Assembly: GCF_039541115.1 (NCBI RefSeq)
Contig: NZ_BAABFP010000002.1
Location: forward strand, 1,054,001 to 1,118,000
Source: Angustibacter luteus
Lineage (GTDB): Bacteria; Actinomycetota; Actinomycetes; Actinomycetales; Angustibacteraceae
DNA: 64,000 bases
Direction of reading: 5' to 3'
This document shows positions 53,219 to 64,000 of this stretch, piece after piece. Every line of letters starts with the position of its first letter. Within the stretch, counting starts at the first letter, position 1. Both the position numbers and the translations under genes were made by a program. The notes beneath the pieces are model-generated. The model had not been told where the DNA came from. It was given only the letters and a program-made list of their open reading frames with translations, and ran no database searches.

Positions 53219-53782
53219 ATGACCGCCACCGCCACCACCCTCGCAGGCCTCACCACCGGCACCTGGACCATCGACTCCTCGCACACCGAGGTCGGCTTCG
53301 TCGTCCGCCACATGATGGTCAGCAAGGTCAAGGGCCGGTTCAGCAAGGTCGAGGGCACCATCACCGTCGCCGAGAACGTGCTCGAGTCGAGCGTGCAGGC
53401 CACCGTCGCCGCCGCCAGCATCGACACCCGCGACGACAACCGCGACAACCACCTGCGCTCGGCCGACTTCTTCGACGCCGAGACCTACCCCGAGCTCACC
53501 TTCGCCTCCACCGGCATCCGCGCCGACGGCGACGACTTCCTGCTGGACGGCGACCTGACCATCAAGGGCGTCACCCGTCCGGTCACCTTCGAGCTCGAGT
53601 ACAACGGTGCGGCCGGCAACCCGATGGCCGGGGGCAACCCGACCGCCGGCTTCTCCGCCGAGACCGAGATCAGCCGCAAGGACTTCGGCCTGGAGTGGAA
53701 CGTCGCGCTCGAGACCGGCGGCGTGCTGGTCGGCGACAAGGTCAAGCTCGTCCTCGAGGTCGAGGCCGGCAAGTCCGCCTGA
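53219..53782 (+). CDS. YceI family polyisoprenoid-binding protein
   Basis: WTIDSSHTEVGFVVRHMMVSKVKGRF, RDNHLRSADFF, LTIKGVT. Confidence 0.93.
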   Translation: MTATATTLAGLTTGTWTIDSSHTEVGFVVRHMMVSKVKGRFSKVEGTITVAENVLESSVQATVAAASIDTRDDNRDNHLRSADFFDAETYPELTFASTGIRADGDDFLLDGDLTIKGVTRPVTFELEYNGAAGNPMAGGNPTAGFSAETEISRKDFGLEWNVALETGGVLVGDKVKLVLEVEAGKSA

Positions 53783-53794
53783 CCCACCCGCACG

Positions 53795-53868
53795 TTTCCG
53801 CCACTCAGGCCGGTTTTCCTCACGGGAAACCGGCCTGAGTCGCGGAAAGCGGACTGAGTGGCGGAAGC
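53795..53868. repeat. REP-like palindrome with duplicated right arm, between convergent genes
   Basis: TTTCCGCCACTCAGGCCGGTTTTCC pairs with GGGAAACCGGCCTGAGTCGCGGAAA, followed by CTGAGTGGCGGAA. Confidence 0.7.
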
Positions 53869-53882
53869 GGGGGGGTGGGCGG

Positions 53883-54857
53883 TCAGCGGAGGGTGCGCGC
53901 GACCTCGGCAGCCCAGTAGGTCAGCACGATCTGCGCCCCGGCCCGCTTGATCCCCACGAGCGACTCCATGATCGCCCGCTCGCGGTCGATCATCCCCGCA
54001 GCGGCAGCCGCCTCGACCATCGCGTACTCGCCGCTCACCTGGTACGCCGCGACCGGGACGTCGGACACCTCGGCCACCGCCCGCACCACGTCCAGGTACG
54101 GCATGGCCGGCTTCACCATCACCAGGTCGGCGCCCTCCTCGAGGTCGAGCCGCACCTCGCGCAGCGCCTCCGTGGCGTTCGCCGGGTCCTGCTGGTAGCT
54201 CATCCGGTCGCCGGTCAGCGTCGACTCGACGGCCTCGCGGAACGGCCCGAAGAACGCGGACGCGTACTTGGCCGCGTACGCCAGCACGAGGACGTCGTCC
54301 CGGCCCGCCGCGTCGAGCGCGGCCCGGACGTACCCGACCTGGCCGTCCATCATCCCGGAGAGCCCCACGACGTGGGCGCCCGCGTCGGCCTGGGCGAGCG
54401 CCATCGAGGCGTACCGCGCGAGCGTGGCGTCGTTGTCGACGGACCCGTCCACCGCCAGCACCCCGCAGTGCCCGTGGTCGGTGAACTCGTCCAGGCACAG
54501 GTCAGCCATCACGACCGTGTCGTCGCCGACCTCCTCGCGCACCGCCCGCAGCGCGACGTTCAGGATGCCGTCGGGGTCGTCGGCGCCGGAGCCGACCGCG
54601 TCCCGCGCCGCCGGGACACCGAACAGCATGATCCCGCCCAGCCCGAGCTCGACGACCTCACGGGCCGTCTTGCGCAGCGACTCCAGCGAGTGCTGGACGA
54701 CGCCCGGCATCGAGGTCAGCGGGACCGGCTCGGTGGCGCCCTCACGGACGAACACCGGCAGCACCAGGTCCGCCGGGTGCAGCCGGGTCTCGGCCACCAG
54801 CCGCCGCACCGACGGCGTGGAACGCAGTCGGCGCGGCCGCTGGGCCGGGTATCCCAT
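53883..54857 (-). CDS. hemB: Porphobilinogen synthase
   Basis: [33 protein letters not shown]. Confidence 0.96.
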   Translation of the reverse strand: MGYPAQRPRRLRSTPSVRRLVAETRLHPADLVLPVFVREGATEPVPLTSMPGVVQHSLESLRKTAREVVELGLGGIMLFGVPAARDAVGSGADDPDGILNVALRAVREEVGDDTVVMADLCLDEFTDHGHCGVLAVDGSVDNDATLARYASMALAQADAGAHVVGLSGMMDGQVGYVRAALDAAGRDDVLVLAYAAKYASAFFGPFREAVESTLTGDRMSYQQDPANATEALREVRLDLEEGADLVMVKPAMPYLDVVRAVAEVSDVPVAAYQVSGEYAMVEAAAAAGMIDRERAIMESLVGIKRAGAQIVLTYWAAEVARTLR

Positions 54858-54861
54858 CAGC

Positions 54862-56505
54862 TCAGCGCGCCTTGCGGCGGGCCGAGTTCTTCCGCTCGCT
54901 CGGGCGCACCACCGGCTCGCCCGCCTCGAGGGCCGAGAGCCGCAGCGCCGCGCCGTACTCGGCGAGCGCCTCGACGAGCGCACCCGAGCTGGCCTCCGGC
55001 GCCAGGACGTCGACCCGCAGGCCGTGCTCCTCGGCGGTCTTCGCCGTCGCCGGGCCGATGCACGCCACCACGGTCGACGCGTGCGGCTTGCCGGCGATGC
55101 CGACCAGGTTGCGCACGGTCGAGGACGAGGTGAACACGACCGCGTCGAAGGTGCCGGACTTGATCGCCTCGCGGACCGGCGCGGCCGGCGGAGCGGCGCG
55201 CACCGTGCGGTAGGCGGTGACGTCGTCCACCTCCCAGCCGATCTCGTGCAGGCCGGCCACCAGGGTGTCCGTGGCGATGTCGGCGCGCGGCAGGAACACC
55301 CGGTTGATGGGGTCCAGCACGTCGTCGAACGGCGGCCAGTCCTCGAGCAGGCCGTGCGCGGACTGCTCGCCGCTGGGCACCAGGTCGGGCTCGATGCCCC
55401 ACTCCTGGAGCGCGCGGGCGGTGACGCCGCCGACGGCGGCGACCTTCAGGCCGGAGAAGGCGCGGGCGTCGAGCCCGAACTCCTCGAACTTCTCGCGGAC
55501 GGCGCGCACCGCGTTGACGCTGGTGAAGCCGACCCACTCGTAGCGGCCGGTGACCAGGCCCTTGATCGCCCGCTCCATCTGCTGCGGGGTGCGCGGCGGC
55601 TCGACCGAGATGGTCGGCACGACCTCGCTGACCGCACCGAACTCGGCGAGCCGGTCCGTGGTGGCGTGCGCCTGGTCCTTGGTGCGCGGCACCAGGACGC
55701 GCCAGCCGAACAGCGGCTTGGTCTCGTACCAGGACAGCTCGTCGCGCAGCGCCACCGGCGCCCCGACGACGGCCAGCACGGGACGCTCCAGGCCGGCGCC
55801 GGCGACCGTCGCCGAGGCGTCGGCCAGCGTCGCGGTCAACGTGCGCTGCTCGGTCGACGTCCCGCGGCTGGTCACCGCGACGGGCGTCGTCTCGGCCCGT
55901 CCGGCGGCCAGCAGGTCGGCCAGCGCGGCCGTCACGACGGGCGGCTCGCCCATGATCACGACGGTGACGTCGTCCCCGGTCGAGCGGGACCAGTCGACCT
56001 TGGTGTCGTGCGGGGTGATGACGTGGACGGCGCGGCTGGCCTTGGTGGTCAGCGGTACGCCCGCGTACGCCGGCACCGCGCTGACTGCCGAGACACCGGG
56101 CACGACCTCGAACGGCACGCTGGCCTTGCGGCAGGCCAGGGCCTCCTCGGCCAGGCCGTTGAACGTCGACGGGTCGCCGTCCATGAGCCGCACGACACGC
56201 CGGCCGCCCTTGGCGGACCGGGTGACGAGCTTGGCCCGGTTGGCCTGGGTGAGCGGGGCGCCGTCGACACCGAACGCGGCGTCGACGTACTCGACGTCGG
56301 GCCGGGCCCAGCGGGCGACGTCGTCCTCGCGCAGGAGCTGGTCGAGGACGACGACGTCGGCCGCGGCGATCAGGTCCACGGCACGCAGGGTCAGCAGGCC
56401 GGGGTCACCGGGCCCGGTGCCGACGAAGGCGACCGTTCCCGTGGACCTGGCTGGCGCGTTGCCCTGAGCGTCGGTGGTGCTGCGGGCGGGGGGCGTGGGG
56501 GTCAC
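54862..56505 (-). CDS. hemD: Bifunctional uroporphyrinogen-III C-methyltransferase/synthase
   Basis: [37 protein letters not shown]. Confidence 0.92.
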   Translation of the reverse strand: MTPTPPARSTTDAQGNAPARSTGTVAFVGTGPGDPGLLTLRAVDLIAAADVVVLDQLLREDDVARWARPDVEYVDAAFGVDGAPLTQANRAKLVTRSAKGGRRVVRLMDGDPSTFNGLAEEALACRKASVPFEVVPGVSAVSAVPAYAGVPLTTKASRAVHVITPHDTKVDWSRSTGDDVTVVIMGEPPVVTAALADLLAAGRAETTPVAVTSRGTSTEQRTLTATLADASATVAGAGLERPVLAVVGAPVALRDELSWYETKPLFGWRVLVPRTKDQAHATTDRLAEFGAVSEVVPTISVEPPRTPQQMERAIKGLVTGRYEWVGFTSVNAVRAVREKFEEFGLDARAFSGLKVAAVGGVTARALQEWGIEPDLVPSGEQSAHGLLEDWPPFDDVLDPINRVFLPRADIATDTLVAGLHEIGWEVDDVTAYRTVRAAPPAAPVREAIKSGTFDAVVFTSSSTVRNLVGIAGKPHASTVVACIGPATAKTAEEHGLRVDVLAPEASSGALVEALAEYGAALRLSALEAGEPVVRPSERKNSARRKAR

Positions 56506-57545
56506 GAGACACGCTCCGTTGAGTGCTGGTGGTTGGACAGGTCGGACGTGCTGGGGTCGTGCGCGGTGGAGCCTGGGTCGGGTTGAGGGGGGTGGTGCGT
56601 GACGAGGTCGGCGGCGCCGTCCTCGAGCAGCTCCGCGGCCAGCGTGCGGCCGAGCTCGACCGGCTGGTCGAAGGGTCCGGAAGCGCTGCGGCGCAGCAGG
56701 TCCGAGCCGTCCGGCGCGGCGACGACCGCGCGCAGGAACAGCTCCAGGACGACGTGGCCGTCGGCGTCCAGCGACTCGACGACCTCGGCCAGCGCCCCGA
56801 CCGGCGCCGTGCAGCCGGCCTCCAGGGCGGCGAGCAGCGCCCGTTCGGCGGTGACCGCGGCCCGGGTGTCGGGGTCGTCCAGCGCGGCGAGCGCCGCCAC
56901 CAGGTGGGTGTCGTCGGCGCGGCACTCGACCGCGAGCGCGCCCTGGCCGGCTGCGGGCAGCACCTGCAGGGGGTCGAGCACCTCGGTGGCCTCGTCAGCG
57001 CGATCGAGCCGGATGAGGCCGGCGCGAGCCAGCAGGACGCCGTCCAGCACGCCGTCGTGGACGAACCCGATCCGGGTGTCCACGTTGCCGCGCACGGGTT
57101 CCAGCTCGAGGCCCAGGCCGAGCGCGAGCACCTGGGCGGCCCGGCGCGGCGAGCCGGTGCCGAGCCGTGAGCCGGCCGGCAGCTCGCCGAGCGTGAGCCC
57201 GTCGCGCGCCACCAGGACGTCGCGGGCGTCCGAGCGCACGGGGACCGCGGCGATGGTCAGGCCCGGCTCGGGCGTGGTGGGCAGGTCCTTGAGCGAGTGG
57301 ACGGCGAGGTCGACCTCACCGGCCAGCAGCGCGGCCCGCAGTGCGGCGGCGAAGACCCCGGTGCCGCCGATCTGGGTGAGGTGCTCGCGGCTCACATCGC
57401 CCTCGGTGGTCACCTCGACGAGCTCGACCGCGCTGCCGGTGGCGGCGGTGATCGCCGCGGCGACCTGGCCGCTCTGGGCCATCGCGAGCGGGCTGCGTCG
57501 GGTGCCGAGGCGCAGCGCCTGGGGGGAAGGGGTGGCAGCGGTCAT
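56502..57545 (-). CDS. hemC: Hydroxymethylbilane synthase
   Basis: [32 protein letters not shown]. Confidence 0.96.
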   Translation of the reverse strand: MTAATPSPQALRLGTRRSPLAMAQSGQVAAAITAATGSAVELVEVTTEGDVSREHLTQIGGTGVFAAALRAALLAGEVDLAVHSLKDLPTTPEPGLTIAAVPVRSDARDVLVARDGLTLGELPAGSRLGTGSPRRAAQVLALGLGLELEPVRGNVDTRIGFVHDGVLDGVLLARAGLIRLDRADEATEVLDPLQVLPAAGQGALAVECRADDTHLVAALAALDDPDTRAAVTAERALLAALEAGCTAPVGALAEVVESLDADGHVVLELFLRAVVAAPDGSDLLRRSASGPFDQPVELGRTLAAELLEDGAADLVTHHPPQPDPGSTAHDPSTSDLSNHQHSTERVS

Positions 57546-58888
57546 CGCGGACCACCCCCGGTGAGCAGGGCGGCGACGTCGCTCTCGGACGGCACCTCGG
57601 AGACGGCGCTGACCTCTTCGGGGTCCAGGTCGAAGAGCTCGCGCAGCGCCGCGGCGTAGGACCCGCCGTCGTGCCGGCTGGCCAGCTCCTTCACCCGCAC
57701 GGTCGGCGCGTGCAGCAGCTTCTCGACGACGCGGTGCACGGTCTGCTCGAGCTCGTCGCGCACGGCCGGGTCGATCTCGCGGACCCGGTTGCCCAGGCGG
57801 GCCAGCTCGGCGTCCACGACCTCGGCGGCCCGCGCGCGCAGCGCCACCACGGTCGGCGCCACGGCCTGCACCCGCACCGAGGTCAGGTAGTCCTCGACCT
57901 CACCGTCGACGAGCCGGCGGACCTGGTCGACGTCCTCGCCCAGCTCGGCGGCGGACAGGTCCTGGCCGAGCACCTCGAGGTCCGCCACGTGCACGCCCCG
58001 CAGCTCGGCGACCAGCGGGTCGACGTCGCGCGGCAGCCCCAGGTCGACGTACAGCTGCGGGCGGTCCGGCCGGAGCGCGGCCCGCTGCTCGGCGGCGGCG
58101 CGGGCGGTGTCGACGTCCACGACGTGCCCGACGGCGCCGGTGCACGAGATGACCAGGTCGGCCCGGGCGAGCTCGGCGGCCAGGTCGGGGAGCGCGACCC
58201 AGCGACCGCCGACGGCGGCCGCGACGCGCTCGGCGTGCTCGGGCGTGCGGTTCGCCACCGTGATCGAGCCGGCGGCCTCGCGGTACACGGTGGTGGCAGC
58301 CAGGGCGCTCATCGACCCGGCGCCGACGACCAGCACGTCCAGCTCGGTCAGCGGGCCGACGACCTGCTCGGCGCGACGTAGCCCGGCGCCGACCAGTGAG
58401 GCGCCCGCGCGGTCGATCCCGGTCTCGGCGTGCGCCCGCTTGCCGACCCGCAGCGCCTGCTGCATCAGGGGTTCGAGCACCCGGCCGGTGTCGCCGGCCT
58501 CGTGCGCGCTGCGCAGCGCCTGGCGCAGCTGGCCGAGCACCTGGCTCTCGCCGACGGCCATCGAGTCCAGGCCGCAGGCCACGGAGAACAGGTGCGTGAC
58601 CGCGCGGTCCGCGTAGTGCACGTAGAGGTGGTCCTTGAGCTCGTCCAGGGCCAGCCCGGTCGAGCGGCAGAGCGCGTCGCCCAGGTCGGTCAGGCCGCCG
58701 TGGAACGTGGTGACCTCGGCGTAGACCTCGACCCGGTTGCAGGTGGCCAGCACCAGCGACTCGCTGACGTGCTCGCCCCGCAGGACGACGCCGGCCAGGT
58801 CGCGGGCGGCGTCCGGGGACAGCGCGGCACGCTCCAGCAGGTCGAGCGGGGCGGTCCGGTGGGACAGGCCGATGGCGAGCAGGCTCAT
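57542..58888 (-). CDS. hemA: Glutamyl-tRNA reductase
   Basis: [32 protein letters not shown]. Confidence 0.96.
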   Translation of the reverse strand: MSLLAIGLSHRTAPLDLLERAALSPDAARDLAGVVLRGEHVSESLVLATCNRVEVYAEVTTFHGGLTDLGDALCRSTGLALDELKDHLYVHYADRAVTHLFSVACGLDSMAVGESQVLGQLRQALRSAHEAGDTGRVLEPLMQQALRVGKRAHAETGIDRAGASLVGAGLRRAEQVVGPLTELDVLVVGAGSMSALAATTVYREAAGSITVANRTPEHAERVAAAVGGRWVALPDLAAELARADLVISCTGAVGHVVDVDTARAAAEQRAALRPDRPQLYVDLGLPRDVDPLVAELRGVHVADLEVLGQDLSAAELGEDVDQVRRLVDGEVEDYLTSVRVQAVAPTVVALRARAAEVVDAELARLGNRVREIDPAVRDELEQTVHRVVEKLLHAPTVRVKELASRHDGGSYAAALRELFDLDPEEVSAVSEVPSESDVAALLTGGGPR

Positions 58889-59598
58889 GCGTCCCCCCCG
58901 GCGGCCAGCGTGCGGGTGGCGAGCGACGCCGCGTCGAGGGCGGCGCCGCTGGCCAGGGCCTTGCGCTGCTCGTGGAAGGCGAGGATCTGCAGCTCGGTGG
59001 ACAGGTCGACCTTGCGCACGTCGACGTCGTCCGGGACGTTCAGCACGCACGGCGCGAAGTTCAGCACGCTGCGCACCCCGGCGGCGACCAGCCGGTCGCA
59101 GACCTGCTGGGCCGGGCCGGCCGGCGTCGCGACGACCCCGATCGAGATCGGACGCCGGGCGCTGACCTCCTCGAGGTCGTCCAGCGGCAGCACGGGCAGA
59201 CCGGCGACCGTCTCACCCACGACCCGCGGGTCGGTGTCGAACAGCGCCACGACCTCGAAGCCGCGGGTGGCGAAGCCGGCGTAGCCGGCCAGCGCGTGAC
59301 CCAGGTTGCCGATGCCGACGATGGCCACGGGCCAGTCCTGGGTGAGGCCGAGCTCGCGGGAGATCTGGTAGACGAGGTAGTCGACGTCGTAGCCGACGCC
59401 GCGCACCCCGTAGGAACCGAGGTGGGACAGGTCCTTGCGCAGCTTGGCGGAGTTGACTCCGGCTGCGACGGCGAGCTCCTCGGAGGACACGGTGGTGGTG
59501 TCGCGCTCCGCGAGGGCGCCGAGCGCGCGAAGGTACACGGGAAGCCGGGCAACGGTCGCCTCTGGGATGCCCCGGCGCGAGACCTGCTCGTCCTTCAC
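58885..59598 (-). CDS. rex: Redox-sensing transcriptional repressor Rex
   Basis: IPEATVARLPVY, LRKDLSHLGSYG, GIGNLG, LNFAP. Confidence 0.96.
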   Translation of the reverse strand: MKDEQVSRRGIPEATVARLPVYLRALGALAERDTTTVSSEELAVAAGVNSAKLRKDLSHLGSYGVRGVGYDVDYLVYQISRELGLTQDWPVAIVGIGNLGHALAGYAGFATRGFEVVALFDTDPRVVGETVAGLPVLPLDDLEEVSARRPISIGVVATPAGPAQQVCDRLVAAGVRSVLNFAPCVLNVPDDVDVRKVDLSTELQILAFHEQRKALASGAALDAASLATRTLAAGGDA

Positions 59599-59718
59599 TG
59601 CGCCACTGCCTTCACCGCGCTGTCGCTACTCCTCGCTCACGGCAGACCCCGCCGATGCCACTAGCAGACGGTCCGCACCGACGCGCTCCTGGGTGGGTCG
59701 CGTTCGGCGAACGGCTAC

Positions 59719-59747
59719 ACGATAAGCACTTGTGAAGGTGTGCACAA
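59719..59747 (-). promoter_or_regulatory. rex promoter overlapped by a Rex operator
   Basis: Operator TTGTGAAGGTGTGCACAA at 59730-59747; minus-strand TTGTGC-N17-TATCGT. Confidence 0.8.
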
Positions 59748-59785
59748 AGTTGCGAGATCGCAACCGGACCGCTAAGTGACCCGGG

Positions 59786-60061
59786 TCACCCGCGTCGGGG
59801 CCGGAAGACGCCCAGCCGGCGGCCCTGCAACGCGTCCCGCAGGCGGCGCTCGTCGACCCGGTAGAAGTCGTGCTGGGAGCCGTCGACCAGCACGACCGGC
59901 ACCATCTCTCCGTACTGGCGCAACAGGTCGGGGTCGTCGTCCACGTCGAGCTCGACCCAGCCGGCCCCGGTGTCCTCGGCGACCCGGCGGACCACCTCGC
60001 GGGCGTCGTCGCACAGGTGGCAGCCGTCCCGGCCGACCAACGTGATCCGCGGCTCACCCAC
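59786..60061 (-). CDS. Glutaredoxin-like protein (DUF836)
   Basis: GCHLC, LDVD, VPVVLVDG; usual rex neighbour. Confidence 0.88.
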   Translation of the reverse strand: MGEPRITLVGRDGCHLCDDAREVVRRVAEDTGAGWVELDVDDDPDLLRQYGEMVPVVLVDGSQHDFYRVDERRLRDALQGRRLGVFRPRRG

Positions 60062-60084
60062 GCAGCCACCGTAACCCGCCCCTC

Positions 60085-60191
60085 CCGCGGTGATCATGCA
60101 CGTTCGCCCACGGCTCCCCCTGCGGGCCGGGGCGAACGTGCATGATCACCGCGGAGGTGGGGGGCGGGCCGGGGCGAACGTGCATGATCAC
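60085..60191. repeat. REP-like element: 25-bp perfect inverted repeat plus 28-bp direct repeat
   Basis: CCGCGGTGATCATGCACGTTCGCCC (60085-60109) pairs with 60130-60154; 60122-60149 is repeated at 60164-60191. Confidence 0.8.
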
Positions 60192-60196
60192 GGCGG

Positions 60197-63172
60197 TCAG
60201 TCGAGCAGACCGCGGCGCCGGGCCAGCGCCGCCGCCTCGGTGCGGCCGCTGGCGCCGAGCTTGGCCAGGATGTTGGACACGTGCACGCTCACCGTCTTCG
60301 TGCTGATGAACAGCTGCTGCCCGATCTCACCGTTGCTCCGCCCCTGACCGACCAGCTCGAGCACCTCGCGCTCGCGCCCAGTCAGCGCGGTCGGCTGACC
60401 GTCGTCGGCGGCCGCCGCCGCGGCGCGCGCCCGGCTGCCAGGCCCGACCCGGCGCAGCTCGGCCAGCAGCGGCTGGGCGCCGAGTCGCAGGGCCGTGGCC
60501 CGCGCGGCCACCAGCAGCGGCTCCGCCTCGTCGCCACGGCCCGCGGCCCGCAGCACCGCAGCGAGCCGGGCCTGGCTGCGCGCGGTCTCGAAGGCGTGGC
60601 CGAACGTCTCGAAGGCCTGAACCGCCGCGCTCCACAGCCGCACCAGCTCGTCCGCCTCGGGGGCGTCGACGCCGCTCACCCAGCGCAGCCGGGCGTGCTC
60701 GGCAGTGAGCCGGGCCACCCAGGCGGCGCCCTCGGGGCCGGGCCGCCCCTGCGGCTCCTTCGTCCACGTCGCCGACGCCAGGCCACGCGCGGCGACCTCG
60801 TCCCCCTGGCGGGCGAGGTCGGCGCGCTGGGCGGTGCCTTCGTGGGCGGCCTCGGCGGCGAGCTGCCCCAGCAGCAGCGCCGACATCCGCACCTGCGCCT
60901 GCAGGGACGAGCGCCGCCACAGGGTGGTGACCGCCGTGACGATGTCGTCGTGCACCGCGGTCGCGGCGGCCGCGTCACCCGCGTCGCCGAACCCGTCGAT
61001 CATGGGACTGCAGCAGATCGCGACGACGCCCTCGCGGTCCCACCAGGGGCGCACCGCCTCGAGCAGGTCGACCGCGCGCGGGTCACCCCGGCCCACCAGC
61101 ACGGCCAGGCTCTGCGCGGCGAGCAGCGCCTCGGCCGCCGCCGGCGGCGCGGCGTCCCGGACGTCGGTCAGCGTCACCGCGGCGTCCCAGTCGCCCTGGA
61201 TGAAGGCGACGTTCGCGGCCTGCTGACGGGCCTCGATCGCGTACGGCGCCCACGGCCGGCCCCGGCTCCCCCCGACCGCGACCGCCTCGCCGAACGCCGC
61301 CCGAGCCGCCGGCAGGTCACCGGTCTCGAACGCGAGGGCGCCCAGACCGTAGAGGCTGCGCAGCTCGGCCGACACGTCGGCGCTCGCCCGGGCCTTGCTG
61401 GCCACCGCCTCCAGCGTCTCGCGACTGGCCTTGGCGTCGCCCGCCCGGCGATCCAGGTAGGCGCGGGTGGTCGCCGCCTCGGCCAGCACCATCGCCAGCC
61501 CCAGCTCGGTGGCCATCGCGGTGGCCTCGTTCGCCCAGCGCGCCGCCTCGTCGCGCCGGTAGACGTCCAGGTTCGCCCTCGCGTGCATGCTCATCGCCTT
61601 GGCCCGCAGCTTGGACGGCGGCTCGGCCGGCACCAGCTCGAGGGTCTCGGACGTCATCGCCAGCACGTCCAGCGGCGTGTCCATGACCAGCGCGATCGAC
61701 GCCATGGTGAGCAGCACCGTCGCCCGGGTGGCGGGCGGGGTGTCGTCGTCCAGCGACGCCAGCTGGTCCTCGGTCAGCGCGATCGCCCGGTGCACCCGGC
61801 CGGCCGCCATCGCGGCCTCGGCTGCGCGCAGGGACAGCAGCACCCGGTCGACGTCGGGCGCCAGCTCGCCGCCGCGGCCCTGGGCGCCGTTCGAACCGCC
61901 CAGCAGCTCGAGAGCCGTCTCGAGGTGGTGGCTCGCCTCGTCCGGGCCGCCGACGCTCATCGCCTCGTCACCGGCCTGGATGCTGGCCCGCACCGCCGTG
62001 GGCAGGTCGTGCGCGGCGCGCGCGTGCCGGGCCAGCTCGGCCGCCGTCCCGGCGACCTCCCCGGACTCCAGCGCCCGCACGTACCGCGCGTGCAACGCGA
62101 CCCGCTCCCCCGGCAGCAGGTCGTCGTACACCGCCTCGGCCAGCAGCGCGTGCCGGAACGCGTAGCCGTCGCTGCCCGCCGGCACCAGCACGTTGGCGTC
62201 CACGGCCGCCCGCAGCGCGGCGTCCAGCACCGGCTCGTCCAGCCCCGCGACCTGGACGAGCAACGGGTGCGGGACCCGCCGGCCGGCGACCGCGGCGGCG
62301 CGCACGACGGCCCGGGCGTCGTCGTCCAGCCGGTCCAGCCGGACCAGCAGCAGCTCAGCGAGGTCCCACGACAGCGGGCCACCGCCGCGCTCGACGCCCG
62401 CGACCAGCTCCTCGATGAAGAAGGCGTTGCCCTCGGCCCGGCGCAGGATGGCGCGCACCTCGGCCTCGGCCAGCGGCTCGGGGTGGAGCGCCCGGACCAG
62501 CTCGCGCACCGCCCGGTCGGCCAGCGGGTCGAGCGCGACCCGCTGCACGGACGGCAGCCGCCCCCACTGGACAGCGGTGGCCCGCAGCGGGTGTCGCCGG
62601 TGCAGGTCATCCGTCCGGTAGGACGCCACGATGCCGACGGGCACCTCACGTTGGCGGGCGAACAGGAACGAGAGCATCTCGCGGGTGGACTGGTCGGCCC
62701 AGTGCACGTCCTCGACCAGCAGCAGCACCGGCTGCTGCTCGGCCAGCATCCCGAGCGCGCCGTGCACGGCCTCAAACAGGGCCGAGCGGTCCATCCGGTC
62801 GCCCGCGTCCTCACCCAGCAGGCGTCGTCCGGGCATCAGGCGGGCGATGGCGGGGAAGGCCTCGACCACCCGCTGCGCGAGCGCCGGCTGCTCGCCGGCC
62901 AGCCGCCCGAACACCTCGCTGAACGGCAGGTACGGCAGCGTGCTGTCACCGAAGTCGAGGCAGTGCCCGACAACCACCTGCCAACCCGCGTCCAGCGCGG
63001 CCGTCCGCAGCTCGCTGAGCAGCCGGGTCTTGCCGACGCCGGCGTCGCCGGACAGCAGGACGCAGGACGCCGCGGGCGGCTCGCCGCGCACGTCGACGAG
63101 CCCCACCAGCCGGTCGAGCTCATCGGCTCGACCGACCAGCGGGGCTGCGGGGTCGGACGTCGGCGCGCTCAC
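60197..63172 (-). CDS. LAL-type LuxR regulator (AAA ATPase + C-terminal HTH)
   Basis: [41 protein letters not shown]...[14 protein letters not shown]. Confidence 0.92.
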   Translation of the reverse strand: MSAPTSDPAAPLVGRADELDRLVGLVDVRGEPPAASCVLLSGDAGVGKTRLLSELRTAALDAGWQVVVGHCLDFGDSTLPYLPFSEVFGRLAGEQPALAQRVVEAFPAIARLMPGRRLLGEDAGDRMDRSALFEAVHGALGMLAEQQPVLLLVEDVHWADQSTREMLSFLFARQREVPVGIVASYRTDDLHRRHPLRATAVQWGRLPSVQRVALDPLADRAVRELVRALHPEPLAEAEVRAILRRAEGNAFFIEELVAGVERGGGPLSWDLAELLLVRLDRLDDDARAVVRAAAVAGRRVPHPLLVQVAGLDEPVLDAALRAAVDANVLVPAGSDGYAFRHALLAEAVYDDLLPGERVALHARYVRALESGEVAGTAAELARHARAAHDLPTAVRASIQAGDEAMSVGGPDEASHHLETALELLGGSNGAQGRGGELAPDVDRVLLSLRAAEAAMAAGRVHRAIALTEDQLASLDDDTPPATRATVLLTMASIALVMDTPLDVLAMTSETLELVPAEPPSKLRAKAMSMHARANLDVYRRDEAARWANEATAMATELGLAMVLAEAATTRAYLDRRAGDAKASRETLEAVASKARASADVSAELRSLYGLGALAFETGDLPAARAAFGEAVAVGGSRGRPWAPYAIEARQQAANVAFIQGDWDAAVTLTDVRDAAPPAAAEALLAAQSLAVLVGRGDPRAVDLLEAVRPWWDREGVVAICCSPMIDGFGDAGDAAAATAVHDDIVTAVTTLWRRSSLQAQVRMSALLLGQLAAEAAHEGTAQRADLARQGDEVAARGLASATWTKEPQGRPGPEGAAWVARLTAEHARLRWVSGVDAPEADELVRLWSAAVQAFETFGHAFETARSQARLAAVLRAAGRGDEAEPLLVAARATALRLGAQPLLAELRRVGPGSRARAAAAAADDGQPTALTGREREVLELVGQGRSNGEIGQQLFISTKTVSVHVSNILAKLGASGRTEAAALARRRGLLD

Positions 63173-63216
63173 GTCCACATCATCGTGGGCGGCACCGACA
63201 AGGGCGAACACCTTTG

Positions 63217-63405
63217 TCAGGCTCCGGCCGGGCGGACCCGCTGGCGCGGGGGAACGGTCACCGGGCCGACGCGCTGCGGGCCCTGCGGAGCGGGGTTGTT
63301 GACCGGGCGGCGGCGGCGCAGCCGGTTGCTGAAGTCGCTGCGGATCCGGTCGGTGTGGTAGCTGACCTCGGTGGTCACGGACTCGGTGGACAGTGCGTGG
63401 AACAT
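63217..63405 (-). CDS. Small hypothetical protein (62 aa)
   Basis: GAGGAG SD before [28 protein letters not shown]... Confidence 0.6.
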   Translation of the reverse strand: MFHALSTESVTTEVSYHTDRIRSDFSNRLRRRRPVNNPAPQGPQRVGPVTVPPRQRVRPAGA

Positions 63406-63558
63406 GTCGACTCCTCGTGCTGATCTCTGGGATCTCTCCTCGTGATGCACCGACTCTGCGCGTCTGAGGTACCCCCGGGCATCGGGTGGACGCCCTATCT
63501 CTGGCCGCAGGACGACGACCCCACCCGCCTGAGGTAGCGGACCGGCCTGAGGTGGCGC

Positions 63559-64000
63559 TCAGGCGGTCGGGCGGGGCCGCACCACCAGGGACCAGCCAGC
63601 GGCCAGGCCCGCGCAGAGCAGCAGGTACCCCGGCAGCGCGGCCAACCCGTCGTCCTGCAGGTCCAGCGCGATCGCCGGCCAGAGCGCGGCCACCGCCGCG
63701 ACGGCGCCGACGACCAGCCGCAGCCAACGGGGCCCCCGCCGGCCGAGCGCGAAGCCGCCCAGCAGGGCCGGTGGCAGCATGAGCATCCCCGGGCTGGCGA
63801 ACATCAGCAGCGCCGGTAGGGCGAGCAGCACCCGCCAGATCCGGGCGGACCGCCGGCGCAGGACGTCGACGACCGCCAGGGAGGTGCCCGCCAGCCCCGC
63901 TACGCCGACGATGAGCAGCGTTCCGGTCCAGCTGAACTCCGGCTCGGTGCTGATGTACCGCATCCACACCCTCGCCGCGACGCCCCACCCGGCGCCCAGC
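63559..64000 (-). CDS. Hypothetical membrane protein, 5' end outside the window
   Basis: [19 protein letters not shown] plus multiple TM segments. Confidence 0.65.
   Translation of the reverse strand, partial: LGAGWGVAARVWMRYISTEPEFSWTGTLLIVGVAGLAGTSLAVVDVLRRRSARIWRVLLALPALLMFASPGMLMLPPALLGGFALGRRGPRWLRLVVGAVAAVAALWPAIALDLQDDGLAALPGYLLLCAGLAAGWSLVVRPRPTA

Noticed and set aside
60085..60191. Mini CRISPR array
   Set aside because: Only two direct copies with a 14-nt G-rich spacer plus one inverted copy; no cas genes
60281..63361. 1026-aa plus-strand ORF
   Set aside because: Antisense shadow of the LAL regulator

Overview
High-GC actinobacterial chromosome segment (Kineosporiales/Micrococcales-like, inferred from gene content). 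It is dominated by a conserved respiratory cluster: korAB 2-oxoacid:ferredoxin oxidoreductase, a complete nuoA-N complex I operon coupled to a polyprenyl diphosphate synthase, dispersed menaquinone genes (menG, F, D, C, B, E, A; no menH or menJ seen), a hemL-resA-ccdA-resB-ccsB cytochrome c biogenesis operon and rex-hemACDB. Other features are an orphan second nuoA, a 1007-aa secreted protein, an HTH-only LysR, a frameshifted PPOX gene, a GGDEF-EAL gene, a more AT-rich ~2.5 kb patch (stand-alone GGDEF, micro membrane ORFs, hairpin cluster), a TraR/DksA-like gene, a MarR-YceI pair and a LAL-type LuxR regulator preceded by a small ORF. Readable regulatory signals include two Rex operators, a DtxR/IdeR-like box before nuoA, MarR operators, many leaderless-type promoters and several REP-like palindromes. 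I saw no tRNA, rRNA, CRISPR array, transposase or phage gene. There is a 130-nt assembly gap at 52617-52746. I found no clearly new multi-gene system; the best leads are regulatory and small-gene observations. All assignments are from motif recognition by eye, with no database searches.
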